NCBI RefSeq assembly: GCF_009914755.1
Contig: NC_060928.1
Length of the DNA: 64,000 nucleotides
Strand: one strand, 5' to 3'
Source: the human T2T-CHM13v2.0 reference genome, Homo sapiens
In this document: piece by piece, positions 1 to 14,595 of the stretch
Position numbering within the stretch: the stretch's first letter is position 1
How the letters are laid out: each line of letters starts with the position of its first letter
Notes under the pieces: model-generated
What the model saw: only the letters and a program-made list of their open reading frames with translations
Told to the model about the DNA's origin: nothing
Databases searched by the model: none
Made by a program: the position numbers and the translations under genes

Positions 1-519
1 GATTGAGAAAATTTTCTAAAGACTCAGTCTTAGAAGGCAGCACATACCTCACCCTATTTATAAAATTTCTTTCAATTTTATAAATGTTAAGGTAATATCC
101 TATTACTTCAGAACACTTGGAAAATACAGAGAAAAAAACACAAGGTGTTTTACTCATGATGTAATCTGTTCATGCAACTACTGTTAACATGTTTTTAAAT
201 TTTTTTCTTTAGAATATTATTTACTTAAACACAACTAAGTAAAATTTTTTACACTCTGTGTCTTTGCTTAGATAAGTCTTCCCTGACTTTCAATTTGTAA
301 TTTTATCCCTTCCCTGTCCCCACTATTCTTTTTCCCTAGCATGTTTGTTTTTGCTTTGTAGAACTTAACACAATTTTTAACAGTGGTTGTACATTTTTTA
401 TGCCAGTTTTTCACATAAGGACAGAATCACAGTTGTGTTTTGCAATATTGCCTACCCAACAGGAGGCAAGTTGTTGGCATATAGCATGCACAGAAGGTAG
501 ACGACTAAAGTTTTCAGGC

Positions 520-1260
520 ATTGTGGTGCAGTGGTTTAAAGCAGCAGGCTCTGCAGCCTGGCTTCCTGGATTTGAACCCTTTGAGAAAGGCAGAATACTG
601 GCCTCCCAAAGATGTCCACATCCTAATTCCCAGAGCCTCTAAATATGTTACCTTACATAATACAAATAACTTTGTGAGTGTGACTAAGTTAACTATCTCA
701 AGATGAGGAAATCTTCTTAGGATATCTGATGGGTCCAGACAAATCACAGGGGTCCTTATAAGTGGGAGGCAAGTGGGGCAGGGTCAGAAAAAGGTGATAT
801 AATCCTGGAAGCAGAGAGAGAGCAAGATACTGGAAGGGGCCATGCTGCTGACTTTGAAGATAGAGGATAAGGCCACAAGCCAAGGAATGTAGGTGACTGC
901 TAAGAATCTGGAAAAGATAAGGACAAAGATTCTACCCTGGAGTCTCCATAAGAAACCAGCCCTGCTAGCTTATTTTAGACTTCTGACCTCCAGAACTGTA
1001 ACAGAATAAATCTGTGTTGTTTAAGGCACTATGCATGTGGTCATTTGTTCCAGCAGCAATAGGAAATTAATATGCCTGCTTTGCATATGAATCGTCTCAG
1101 CAGTTCAATCATTCTCTCTGTGCATCAGTTTCCTCATCTGTAAAATGAAGAAGAAAGTGGCACCTGCCTCACAGCATAGTTTAAGTCCATAAATACTGCA
1201 AAGCATGTAGAACAGTGCTTGGTATGTCCCATGTTATCAATAAATATTAATTGCTGTTGA
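520..1260 (+). mobile_element. MIR SINE, split by an MLT1 LTR
   Basis: MIR 5' part at ~520-580 (GTGCAGTGGTTTAAAGCA...GGATTTGAACCC) resumes at ~1075 with the core CAGTTTCCTCATCTGTAAAATG. Confidence 0.7.
582..1074 (+). mobile_element. MLT1D-like MaLR solo LTR
   Basis: GGCAGAATACTGGCCTCCCAAAGATGTCCACATCCTAAT start; AATAAATCTGTGTTGTTTAAG...GCAATAGGAAATTAATA end. Confidence 0.8.
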
Positions 1261-1749
1261 AAGTATATATTATCAAACAAACAAAATGACAGTCAGTTAC
1301 TCCTTTCTAATTCTTTAATTTACCAATGCAATCTATCGGTGTTAAATTTCTCAATCTTTCTTACTTAGTTGATGAATAGGGTGTGTGTGAGTGTGTGTGT
1401 GTGTCTTTCTTGGTATCACAGTTTTTAATTTGACTGTTTAGTTCATCTGCTGGGAGGAGGAAGAGCCCTTAGTCATCTTTGTTCTGTGGTTCACCTTTAG
1501 CCGCCCACTCCTTGCCCACATTGGAGGTCACGGTTGACCCTATACCAGCTCCTAAGGCCACCTGCTTATCAGCCGAGGAATCTTCTCTAGTCAACCTCAC
1601 ATTCTTTGCATTTGGGAGGAAGAAAAAGGTGATTGCTTTTATTGGCCTACATCTGGATTCCCTCTTTCTCTCTGCCTTGCTTTTCAGTTACCTCATCCTC
1701 AGTTTTAAGAATCTGCCCAGCCCTTCAAGATGATGCTTTGTGTTGTCCC

Positions 1750-2777
<1,028 letters not shown>

Positions 2778-3007
2778 TATTTAACACCTCCAGAGGTTAC
2801 TGATGCCCTGATCCTTTATCCACCTCAGGTATTCAGGTTTTCATATTAGTGTCCTGATTTTCATTTTTACCAGGACAGTAGTCCTCAGGCCAGTATAATA
2901 CAAACATAAAAAGGAAGATCCTTTCAACCTAAATTTTGTTAAACTCAGGGGTTTAGAGATTGTCTTGTGTTTGAATTTGGGCTCCACAACTCTTTTATCC
3001 ACAGGGA

Positions 3008-3170
3008 GAATGACGATATACCCCATATTACCTAAGACAATCCCAATTTATAACTATGGATCCATAGTTATGGATCAATATAGTTGTGATTATAACTATT
3101 GTAATTATTAATGGCATCCCCTGTTACTCTTAGAAGTATCCTGGTTTTTATAATAAATTCTATAATCGCT
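3008..3170 (-). mobile_element. MER94-like hAT-Blackjack MITE
   Basis: AATTATTAATGGCATCCCCTGTTACTCTTAGAAGTATCCTGGTTTT...AAATT resembles antisense MER94. Confidence 0.55.
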
Positions 3171-3769
3171 GGATTTTTGATGTTGAATGAGTCCCTTTAT
3201 TCCTCATCTGTAAATTACAATGATGACACTCCTCTTATAGGATGCTGGGTGCAGTAACATGAGCAATAATCATGGTGCATAGCAGATGCTCAATCTAGGT
3301 TAGATTCATTGCTTTTAAATAATGACTGAGCTCCCTAAAACCAAGAAGAAAAATGGAGCCAGACTGGGGAAAACTGAATAATTTGATTTGGAAGAAGGTA
3401 TTTAAAAGCAGTATTTAGTTGGAGACAAGATAGGCTTAGTCAACTTGCCAACGGCTTAATGCCAGGAAGGCCCAGTAGGGTCACAGAATCTCAGAAATGG
3501 ATGAAACCATACTTATTATCAAGTCTCTTCCCCCTGCTCATGCAAAAAGCTTCAACAATCTGTGACAAAGCCATCACCTAATAATTAATATTAATGGCTA
3601 ACATTTATAGGACATGGTGCTAAGCACCCCAGGTGGATTACCTTAAATCTTCTTCATTCGAACTCTATAAGGCAGATACTGTGATTGCCTCACTGTAGAG
3701 ATGAAGAGACTGATCTATGGTTGCATGAGATTTGCAAGTTCATGTAGTTAGAATTCAGTATCTTCATTT

Positions 3770-3832
3770 TGGGTGGCTGAGGCAAAGGGATTGTTTGAGG
3801 GCAGGAAGTCGAGGCCAGCCTGGGCAGCATAG
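3770..3832 (+). mobile_element. Alu monomer (FLAM-like) fragment
   Basis: GGCTGAGGCA...GAGGCCAGCCTGGGCAGCATAG. Confidence 0.7.
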
Positions 3833-3987
3833 GGGGAGGGAGGGGGGGAGGGAGGGAGGGAGGGAGGGAGGGCGGGAGACAGAGAGAGAGAGAAAGGGAG
3901 AAAGAGAAGAGAGGAAAGAAAGGGAAGGGAAGGAAGGGAAGGAAGAGAAGGAAGAGAAGGAAGGAAGGAAGGAAGGAAGGAAGGAAA
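3833..3987 (+). repeat. Polypurine (GGGA)n/(GA)n/(GGAA)n tract
   Basis: Near-pure purine run ending in 7 consecutive GGAA (3959-3986). Confidence 0.95.
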
Positions 3988-5500
3988 TAATTCGGTGTCC
4001 TGCCTACTAGTGAGCTTTTGGTTGCCACATAGGATTTTGATGATACAATTATGAACGTGAAATTTGTATTTGAGGAGTTCAAAATGCCCTTAAAAAGTCT
4101 AAATAATTGACAAGAGTTTCTTTATTGTAAAGGATGCTTTATTTTTATGGATTTTATTTGGCAAATGTTACTTCCTATTTGCTACTAGTTTTTTAAGCAC
4201 AATGAAATGCTATAATATCTTGAAACATAGGGAGGACTTCTGTAGTTAAGAGGCAATGATGAAAATGACACATTGGATACTTTTTCCACAACAATCTACT
4301 GGTTTCAGGGCCTGGGAGAATGTGTTATCTATTGAGAAATTTACAATGCAATGAATGGATAGTTAACAGAAGCACTGAGGTGTAGTGAAAATTGTTCAGG
4401 GTTTCACAGACAAAACAACTTAATTCAACTTGATGTGAAATAGCTGACTGTGTGAATTTGAACCAGTAATTTTTTTTTTACTCTGCACCTTAGGTACCCT
4501 TTCTGTAAAATGGAAGATGGGCTAGATTATTAACACCTTTTCAAGTTTGACCAGCCTCTGATTCTCTGAAATACAGCCTAGATTCCTTGCAAATTGTCAG
4601 TTTGGCAACAAACGGTGGTGCTTAGAAAAAGCTCAGGGCATTCAGTAGAATTCAATTTTATATGTCACAGATGGAAGCTAATTGAAATTATGTAGGTAGA
4701 TCAAGTGTAACAACAAATGCTTGCACCAGCATGTAGCAGACCTTTAGCCCAGAACTGCTTCAGTCTGTCAACAGCACTGAGCATGTTGCAGTAAAGTTGG
4801 TAATCATCTGTCTTTCTTACAGAAAGTCATTGCTGAGAGCAGAGTTTTGTTGGGTCAAGGACACCAGGTTGCTTATTTTGAAAGGAATCATGCTCAGAAT
4901 CTCGCAAACCAAAAGCACTTTTCCAATTCTGCATTAATAGATGTTTAACTTGGCCCAGAGCAGGAGCAACAGTGCCAAAAGGGAAGCATGCCCACTAACA
5001 AGACTGGACTGTGGCCTGAGACTTTGAAGACTTCTAGTTTTAACTTCCCCCTGTCTGTATCTTGAGTGCCTGCACCTCCAAGAGTTTTTTTGAAGCATGC
5101 AAATGGTCTGCCTGCTCTAGCTCCACTTCATGGCTCTTCTCTCTTTTGTGGCATCTAATGAGGATTACCTCTTGCTGCTTTTGCCTGCTTGTGTCTGTTC
5201 ATTTATCTTAAGTTCCAGGACTGTGACTTCTGCCCAAGTGGTCAGCCTAAAACTGCTCTCTCCGCAGTTAAAAAACAAAACAAAACAAAACAAAAAGCAA
5301 AAAACCAACTAGTTATCAAAATCAATTCCATTCTAGTTATTTATTGATTGCATGTAGTATGCTCTACACTATGCTTGAAGCTGGGGGTTCAGAAAGGATT
5401 CAGATATATCCCTTCCTTTTCCACATAGAGCTGACATACTCCTGGAGGAGCGGACAGATCAACTATCCTTTATGTCAGGAGATGTACTAGTTTTATAGAA

Positions 5501-6135
5501 CAGAGCTTCTCAAACTATATGTAGTGAAGGATCAGTTTTGTTCCTTATTTTTTTTCTGTCCAATTCATTGTACAGTGATACTTTTGTAAAATAAAAAATA
5601 ACACTTATGTGTACTGCAACAATATCACATTGCTGCGATTGCTTCTAAATGCTTACATTCAATTTCTGCATTTTGTTGTTGTGAATGAGTAGGCGACAAT
5701 TTGCAAAACAGCCTGATGTGATTTGGCTCTGTGTCACCACCCAAATCTCATCTTGAATTTTAACCCCCAGTGTTGGAGAAGGGGCCTAGTGGGAGGTCAT
5801 TGAATCATGTGGGTGGACTTCCTCCTTACTGTTCTCATGATAGTGAGTGAGTTCTTACAAGATCTGATGGTTTAAAAATGTGTGGCACTTCCCCTGTTGC
5901 TATCTCTCTCCTGCTCTGCCACGGTAAAACATGATTGCTTCCCCTTCACCTTCTGCCATGATTGTAAGTTTCCTGAGGCCTCCAGTCATGCTTCCTGTTA
6001 AACCTGCAGAACTGTGAGTCAATGAAACCTCTCTTCTTCATAAACTACCCAGTCTCAGGTAGTTCTTTATAGCAGTGTGAGAATGGACTAATACACAGCC
6101 CCATCCTGCAGTCAACCACTCAAGGCAGCACTTGA
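5501..6135. mobile_element. MER119-like hAT-Charlie element, interrupted by an MST LTR
   Basis: CAGAGCTTCTCAAACTATATGTAGTGAAGGATCAG terminus; GATACTTTTGTAAAATA. Confidence 0.55.
5714..6095 (+). mobile_element. MSTA/MSTB MaLR solo LTR
   Basis: TGATGTGATTTGGCTCTGTGTC...GAATGGACTAATACA; perfect 5-bp TSD CAGCC at 5709-5713 and 6096-6100. Confidence 0.92.
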
Positions 6136-7541
6136 CTGAAACAGCTTAAATAAAATGCTGTTGAAACACACATGAGTACACAGTTCATCCCCTCTGGGGT
6201 ATGAGCTCTATCTCAGGGAGAAACACCAGGGAATATCTTTTAGTTCTCTTCTTCCTTCATCTTTGCTTCATTCAAGGCCAACAACTACCTCCATCTTCCA
6301 GTCCGGTTTTACTTTGCTTCGATCAGATTGCACTAAACCTAGTGTTCTCCTCCCTTCCATATAACACTTTTGTTCTTTTGTTAATATCATTTTCTCCTTC
6401 CGCTTATCCAATCACACTGGTTCCTCAGCCTGGTGCTGTCCTTACACTCTACACTGACTCCTTCAGACTTCTTCCAAGCCCGTTGTGATCAGGTGAAGCT
6501 CTTCACACAAAGGCAGATAGCTCTGAACACACCATTACTCTGTTACACTCCTGGAATGTCTGTGCACGGTCACTCAAGGCCTCTTTGATCTAATTCTCAC
6601 CTAAATTTTCAGTTGTTCTTCACCACAATGATTGAATCCATTTGCAATGCTGCACTGAAGCTGCATTATTTGCTGTTTTCCACATGGATCCTGGACCTAC
6701 ATACCTTCATGACTATAATCATGCTTTTTGCCCCTTCTGCCTTAAAACTTACCCCACATCATCATCATTTCCCAGTGCCCTGACTTGCCCCACTCATCCG
6801 TCTTCACAAATAATGCCTATTCCTTAATACCCAGCTTCAATGCCACATCTATCGGGAAATATTCTCTAGAGATCATTCCACATTTGTAATAATAGCTCAA
6901 TCTGCTAATTCCCAATGTATTTCATTTTGCTTGTTTTCTGGCACTAGGTAGGGATTGTCTGTCTTCAGCTATGGTGATTTGTAGGCACATCACTTATCAT
7001 CCATGTAGGCTCTCTGAGGTCAGAATTCATGCATTACTTACTCTCTGTAAGTGTCTCACACAGTGCCCTGTTAATTTGATTATTTATTCATTTGCAAACA
7101 CAGACGTTTTTGAACCTATAATGTGCTGTTCACATCTTACCAACCTTATAAGAACTTATCATCTATTGGGAGAAATCGGATAACAAACATAGTTATCAAG
7201 CTATTTGGCAAGTGCAAAGAGTGTTTTGCACTGCATAATACAGAAGATGGAGAGAGGATGCACAGCCAGCAATGCAGATGACCATGTGTTCAGGGAGTGT
7301 TTCTTTAGAAGGCATCATTGGAGGCGAGAGTAAAAAGATGAGCAAGCCCAAGATAGGCACCTCATAGCTACCTGATTGCTATTCTATTTGATTTGATTCC
7401 TTTGCACAGTTCTGAGAGTCCCACTCAGATTTCCTCTCTGAGTCTTCTTCGCATACTTACAGGCAGCTGTAATCTACTTGTTGTATACAGTTTACAGTCC
7501 ATTTAACCAACCAGAATTTCAAATAAAGCAGTATAAGCAAC

Positions 7542-8675
7542 TGTATTGGGTTAAATAGTGTCCACCCAACATTCATATCTACCTGGAAGTCAGAATGTAA
7601 TCTTATTTGGAAATAGGGTGTTTGCAGATGAAATTAATTAAGATGACCTCATCGTAGATGAAGGTGGTCAAATCCAATGGCTGGTGTCCTTATAAGGGGA
7701 GGGAGATTTGAGGATAGAGAGACACACATGCAATAGGAATACAGCCTTTGGAAGACAGAGGCGGAAACTGGAGGGATGCAGCTATCAGCCAAGAAATGCC
7801 AAGGACTGCCAGAAACTCCCAGAAGCTGAGAATCCAAGGAAGAATTCTCTCCTGGAGCCTTTGTAGAGTTCATTCCCCTGCTTGTGCTTTCCAGGTTTGT
7901 TCTCAGACTTGCAGCCTCCAGAACTATGGGAGGATAATTATTATTTTTAAATTTAATTTAAGTTCCAGGAAACATGTGCAGGATGTGCAGGTTTGTTACA
8001 TAGGTAAACGTGTGCAAGAGTGGTTTGCTGAACCTATCAACCCATCACCTAGGAGTTAAGTCCCGCGTGCATTAGCTATTTATCCTAATGCTCTGCCTCT
8101 CCCTAATCCCCTGACAGGAGAGTCAGGGGAGTGGGGGAAGGGAGCATGTTGTTCCCCTCCTTGTGTCCATGTGTTCCTATTGTTCAGCTCCCACTTATAA
8201 GTGACAACATATGGTGTTTGGTTTTTCTGTTCCTGCATTACTTTGCTGAGCATAATGGCCTCCAGCTCCATCCATGTCCCTGCAAAGGACATCTCATTCC
8301 TTTTTATGGCTGCATAGTATTCCATGCTGTATATGTACCACATTTTCTTTACCCAGTCTATCATCTATGGACATTTGGCTTGATTCCATGTCTTTGCTAT
8401 TGTGACTAGTGCTGCAATGAACATACAGGTGAATGTATCTTTATAATAGAATGATTTATATTCCTTTGGTTATATACCCAGTAATAGGATTTCTGGATCA
8501 AATGGTATTTCTGGTTATAGGTCTTTGAGGAATCGCCACATTGTCTTCCAAATGGTTGAACTAATTTACATTTCCACCAACAGTGTAAAAGCGTTCCTAT
8601 TGGGGAATAAATTTATATGGTCTTACGCCACTCAATTTCTGGGAATTTGTTACAGCAGTCCTAGGAAACTAATAT
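7542..8675 (+). mobile_element. MLT1B-like MaLR solo LTR, interrupted by an L1 fragment
   Basis: TGTATTGGGTTAAATAGTGTCC...CTTATTTGGAAATAGGG start; resumes at ~8602 with AATAAATTT...CCTAGGAAACTAATATA. Confidence 0.8.
7940..8601 (-). mobile_element. L1PA (about PA10-13) 3'-end fragment
   Basis: Antisense 3'UTR and ORF2 C-terminus (ORF 8080-8364: WYIYSMEYYAAIKRNE). Confidence 0.9.
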
Positions 8676-10239
8676 AGCAGCCTCAAGAGATAATGCATGT
8701 ACATCCTCATTCTTAATTTGGCCTGACTATCATAGAAATGTCTTCTCCTTTATTGTCCTAGATGGCTTAATTTCTACAGAGCGCTCTGCTGATTTTGCAC
8801 AAATTGGAGGCATGCCAAAATTCTCTTAAAGGGCTATGAATTTATTCTTATTTTCTTAATGCAAAAAAATTAAGTAAATAACTATCATTTAAGTTAAAAA
8901 TATTGTTTTATCACATTTTCCAAGTATTAAAACTTTTACATTCTTTGTATCTATGTATGTTCCTCGCACAAAGTTGTTCCAGGTTCAGTATACATTTTGT
9001 CAAATTGTACCCAAGGTGCTATTTCCCAAATCATATTGCTTAACTGAATGAGTAGCGTTACTTTTTTATGGAAAATATCCAAGTTTGTGAATATGTACAG
9101 TAAACATTTTTATTAAAATACATTGTAAAGATGAAAGTTCTAATATTTCTTAAAACTGTGCCTTGGTATTGGGTTGGCTCTTTTGTAAAAAAAGAAATTG
9201 AAATTACTCCTTTTCTGGTAGTAGTAGGAGACCATTGGGTTCTTCTCAGTAGGCTTATCATATACATTTACAGGAATATTTGAAATGATAAAAACTCTGT
9301 TTAGAAATTTCTGCCTATTCTTGAAAACATCACTGTAGCATTCATTTCATTTGATAAAGATGTGAAGCCATTTGTCAGGAGGCAAGAGAGAGGGCGGCAA
9401 GGAACTTGAAATTGCAATAACATTAATAATTTGTGGAAGCTTTGGTCTATTTATTGTTAATGTTCAAACCTTGTGCACAGATGCCTGACTTTCCCAATCT
9501 GTGGTCAATGTCAAGACATAGATAAGTGCATGCACTCAATCAGAGGAAGAAAGGAAGCTGGCCGATAGACAAGGGCACACATAAAGTATATGAACAGGTT
9601 AATAATGCTTTCTTTAATCAGCTGGAATTAACTGTTCTTTACCCCGATGCTTGTATTTGACAGGCGGCCTTGATTCACCACTGCCGATAAATTGCTGGGT
9701 AGAATGAATGCCTCAGTGCTCAGGCCCTGTCATGTGTTGGAGACAAATGTTTTTGTTCATTTCCCTGGTAAGCACAGGTACAAATTCCTTAACAAAGGCT
9801 TTAACTTTAATGGTGTAAAGTATCTGTGTCACTCTGAAAAAGGTGTTGTGCACACAGAAGAGAAATGTAATCGATTTGTTGAGTTAAAAAAATAAACATA
9901 TATCATGCTTTAATTAAGACAAAACATTTTAATCTACCTATAAAATAGTTCTTTATCAATGACCATATTGCCATGGACTTTATCATTGACTATACAGATA
10001 AAAAGAAGGAATTCAATAAAAGAAATTGTTCAATAATTGTTAAAATGATTGGCTACTGGGACTATGTCTAAAATAGGCAAAATATGTCCAAATTTAAGAA
10101 TGATTTTTACATATAATTCAATAATTTTAATGTATATCAATTATGAACAAAATATAACTTATTCAACAAATTATTATTGAGAATTTACTATGTATTAGAA
10201 CACTTCCATAGATCTGGGATTTAATTCATTGCTGATGAA

Positions 10240-11240
10240 ATTATAGAAGAATTTATTTCATTCATTTATTCATATGTTCACTCAGAAGCATTCTTAGAGC
10301 ACAGACCCTGTGCAAAGCGTTAAGAGTTATTCTTGCCTTCGAAGAAATTTCCCAGTCTAGTACAGAAGATGGATAAGAAAGTAATTAGCTAAAATGCAAT
10401 ATGATGTATATGTATATGAGGTGCAATATGATATCTGTGTACAGAAGTATCATATATGAGATTTGGTGATAACAGCACAGGGACAGCAGAGAGAATGAGG
10501 GGATTACCGAATGTAGGTCTGAGTGAAAGGACCAAGGGAGGTGGAGAGGTTCACTGAGGGGGCAACACTTAATCTGGAATTTGAAGGATGATGAAAACTT
10601 TACTAAAAGAACATCAGAGACAAGAAGCATTCCAGTGAGAGGGACAATATGTGCAATAAAAGAGAAACAGGAAGCAGGAAAACGGGTCACTTGCTAGGTT
10701 GATATTACTGATAGTAAGGTGTTAGCCAAACTGGCCTGAAATGCAAAGAACAGAGAAATAAGCAAAGATCAAGTAAGACAAAGATTGGGAAATGTCCACT
10801 GAGTTTGGGATTTAAGTTGTCACTGATGACATGTGAAAAAGCTCTTTCAGTGGGGTGGAAGGAACTGAAGCCAGAATGTAGTGGGTGGTGAGATTGTATG
10901 TCCAAGGGGGGAGGCCCAACCCACATCACCTGAACACAAACGATGTCTACTAAATACTTCCTCACTGTTTAACAGATACATCCATAGTATTTTAATGTAA
11001 ATACAAGAAAGAAGATAATACGAGGCATTAAGAAGCAAGGGTCATAGTTTGGGGGAGATTTCTGAGTATATTTATAGAATTGTTGCCAGGGAAAAGGTAG
11101 AGGGTGAGGATTCAGAAGAGAGAGAGGCTGAGGCTCAAGGACCAGAGCCCAGGAGAGGTGGTTAAAAAACCAAAGAACAAAGATATTAAAAATGCTGGTA
11201 GAAAGATAAGGCTTGAAGCAGAAAGAACACATTTCTTTCT
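10240..11240 (-). mobile_element. L2 LINE fragments
   Basis: TTCATTTATTCA antisense 3' end followed by degenerate purine-rich L2-like sequence; boundaries approximate. Confidence 0.5.
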
Positions 11241-11387
11241 CAGTCTGTTCATCAAGAAACATTTATAGGACATTTTCTATGACCTGGGGACTGTAAGATT
11301 TCTTAGAGACATTCATAAATCCTACCTCTTGTCACTATGCTTCTACCTTAATCCACTGACCTTCAAAATATTTTTATTACATTAAAA

Positions 11388-12240
11388 CATTATTATATAT
11401 AATATAGTATATAATATAATTATTATATATTATATAATATATATTACACTATATAGTCAATATGACTTTGAGATATCCATAACTAATATATATCACATAT
11501 AACTAATATATATTATATATTATGTAATTATATTATATAAATATTACATATAACATATATAACATATATTATATAACATATATAACATATAACATGTATA
11601 ATATATAACATATATAACATATATTATATATAACATATATAACATATATAACACATAACATATATAACATAACATAACATATAACGTATATTATATATAA
11701 CATATATAACGTATATTATATATAACATATATAACGTATATTATATATAACATATATAACGTATATTATATATAACATATATAACGTATATTATATATAA
11801 CATATATAACGTATATTATATATAACATATATAACATATATATAACATATATTATATATAACATATATAACATATATTATATATAACATATATTATATAT
11901 AACATATATAACATATATATAACATATATAAATTATATATAACATACATTATATATAACATATATAATATATAACATACATCATACATAACATATATAAT
12001 ATATTATATAACATATACTATATATATTACATATAACGTATATAATATATATTACATATAACGTATATAATATATAGTACATATAACGTATATAATATAT
12101 ATTACATATAACGTATATAATATATATTACATATAACGTATATAATATATATTACATATAACGTATATAATATATATTACATATAACGTATATAATATAT
12201 ATTACATATAACATAAGAATATATATATGTTATATATATA
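11388..12240. repeat. AT-rich minisatellite/low-complexity tract with two 25-bp arrays
   Basis: 6x ATAACGTATATTATATATAACATAT (11681-11830) and 7x ATATAACGTATATAATATATATTAC (12031-12205). Confidence 0.95.
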
Positions 12241-12523
<283 letters not shown>

Positions 12524-12529
12524 ATATTT

Positions 12530-12880
12530 TTTTAACGTATAAAATAAAACATATAAGGTTAAAAAGAAAACCAATTATACTACAAAGCAGTTATCAAAAT
12601 ATTAAAAATACACATGTAGATCAGGTCTTATAACTACTATAACATAAAAGTAGTCAATATAATGACTATTTGAGAAATCCGTAACTAAACATATTTCAGT
12701 GTCTATTGGCTATGAAGTCACAGGTGCTACTAATAATACTGTGGTTTGTTCTCTACATTCACAATTAAATGATATGCTAAATTTCTGTTGAGGTTAATGA
12801 AAATAAAGATGGCATGCTCTTTGCACTTAGGTTTACAGACCCCTGAATGCTCTGATCCACCTACCCAGGATAAGGCTCCT
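12530..12880. mobile_element. Charlie1-like hAT DNA transposon fragment
   Basis: AGTCACAGGTGCTACTAATAATACTGTGGTTTGTT...ATGCTAAATTTCTGTTGAGGTTAATGAAAATAAAGATG...ACAGACCCCTGAA. Confidence 0.6.
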
Positions 12881-12889
12881 GTGCTGATG

Positions 12890-13360
12890 GGAGCTTGAGA
12901 ACTGGCTCCTGGCTCTCTCTCTCTACCTCAGTTCCTCCACTCTTATGCTCACACACCTCATTCTAGTTACCTCAGCCTTCTTCCCTTTTGTCAAACATTT
13001 GGCGAGTGCTTCTGCTTCAGGGATTTTGCATCTACTAGGCTTTCTTGTGTCTACAATGTTCTCCCCAGATATCCATGACTTGCTTCTTCATTGTGTTCAA
13101 GTCCTCATCAAACGTCCCTCCTCAGAGATGCCAACTTGACTGGCTTATAGTATGACCCACTCCGTCCTTCTCTACTCATTTACCATGCTATATTTCTCTT
13201 GACAACACTCATTTACCTAACAGCGTATCATAAACTGTCAGCTTATTTGGTTAGTGACTCCCCTACTAGGATGTAACTTCTATGAGGCAAGGATTTCTTT
13301 GGCTTAACAATATCACAGTGACTGTCACATAGCAAGGGCTCAGTTATTATTTGTTGAAAT
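12890..13360 (+). mobile_element. L2 3' fragment
   Basis: CCCCAGATATCCATG...CTCCCCTACTAGGATGTAACTTCTATGAGGCAAGG...TTTGTTGAA. Confidence 0.6.
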
Positions 13361-13588
13361 AGATCATTTCAACTGGCTATGGAAAGTGCTTACATGTGAG
13401 GCATATCCATTATCCTGGGGCCTCAGAGAGGAGGAAGTACTGCTTCTAGGAGAAGGCATTGCCTAGGTACAGTCTTGAGATCATTAGAGATTCAAGGAAA
13501 GGAGAAAATTGAACATATCAGTTGGAAATATGTATAGGTTCTGACCTAGATAAGGTCTAAAGTCATGCTTAATAAAAATAAATGGCCT

Positions 13589-13737
13589 TGCTGGGCACGG
13601 TGGCTCATGCCTGTAATCTCATCAGTTTGGGAGGCTGAGGCAGGCAGATCGCTTGAGTTCAGGAGTTGGAGACCAGCCTAGGCAACATGGTAAAATCCTG
13701 CCTCTACAAGAAGATACAAAAATAAAAATAATAAAAA
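13589..13737 (+). mobile_element. Alu monomer (FLAM_C/left arm) with A-rich tail
   Basis: GCTGGGCACGGTGGCTCATGCCTGTAATC...; degenerate TSD AAATGGC. Confidence 0.85.
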
Positions 13738-14303
13738 ATGGCTTTATCAGTCATACTTTAATGGTCTTAATTTTGCATTTTATCCCTACTCCCTAAACTT
13801 TTTTCTTTAAAGATCTTATAAGAAGCAACCCAAAATAGGCATATATAAATAATATAGATGGCAATGTGAATTTCACATAAGCATTTAGGAAGATGAGTTC
13901 CATTAACAAAGAACTGGACTGGTGACATTTGTATAACATTGTATTGATACAACCACTTTACTTTTCATAATGTCAATTTCATTTATTTTTCCACTAAAAC
14001 ATATTACAACCATTCAAATGAATGAATGGAAATGCAACTTTTGAGTGACTCCACTGATTTTTCCCCCATTCAAATGGTTTTTGGATTCTTATATTAAGCA
14101 GTCTTGAGATAAGCTTCATTTTATGCTGATTTAGAGAGTGTTTCAAGATGAAATGTCAGCAAGCCTTATCTGCAAACACCAGATCCAATAAGCTATATCT
14201 GGTACTAAAAATCAGAAATTGACACAATTTTAATTAGCCTCCAGTTAGTGAACAGATATTTAATAAATGGTCACTTCAGCTTACCTTTTAAGATATACAT
14301 TCA

Positions 14304-14595
<292 letters not shown>

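Noticed and set aside
3690-4082. 130-aa Pro/Leu/Phe-rich ORF
   Set aside because: Translation of the polypurine/polypyrimidine simple repeat.
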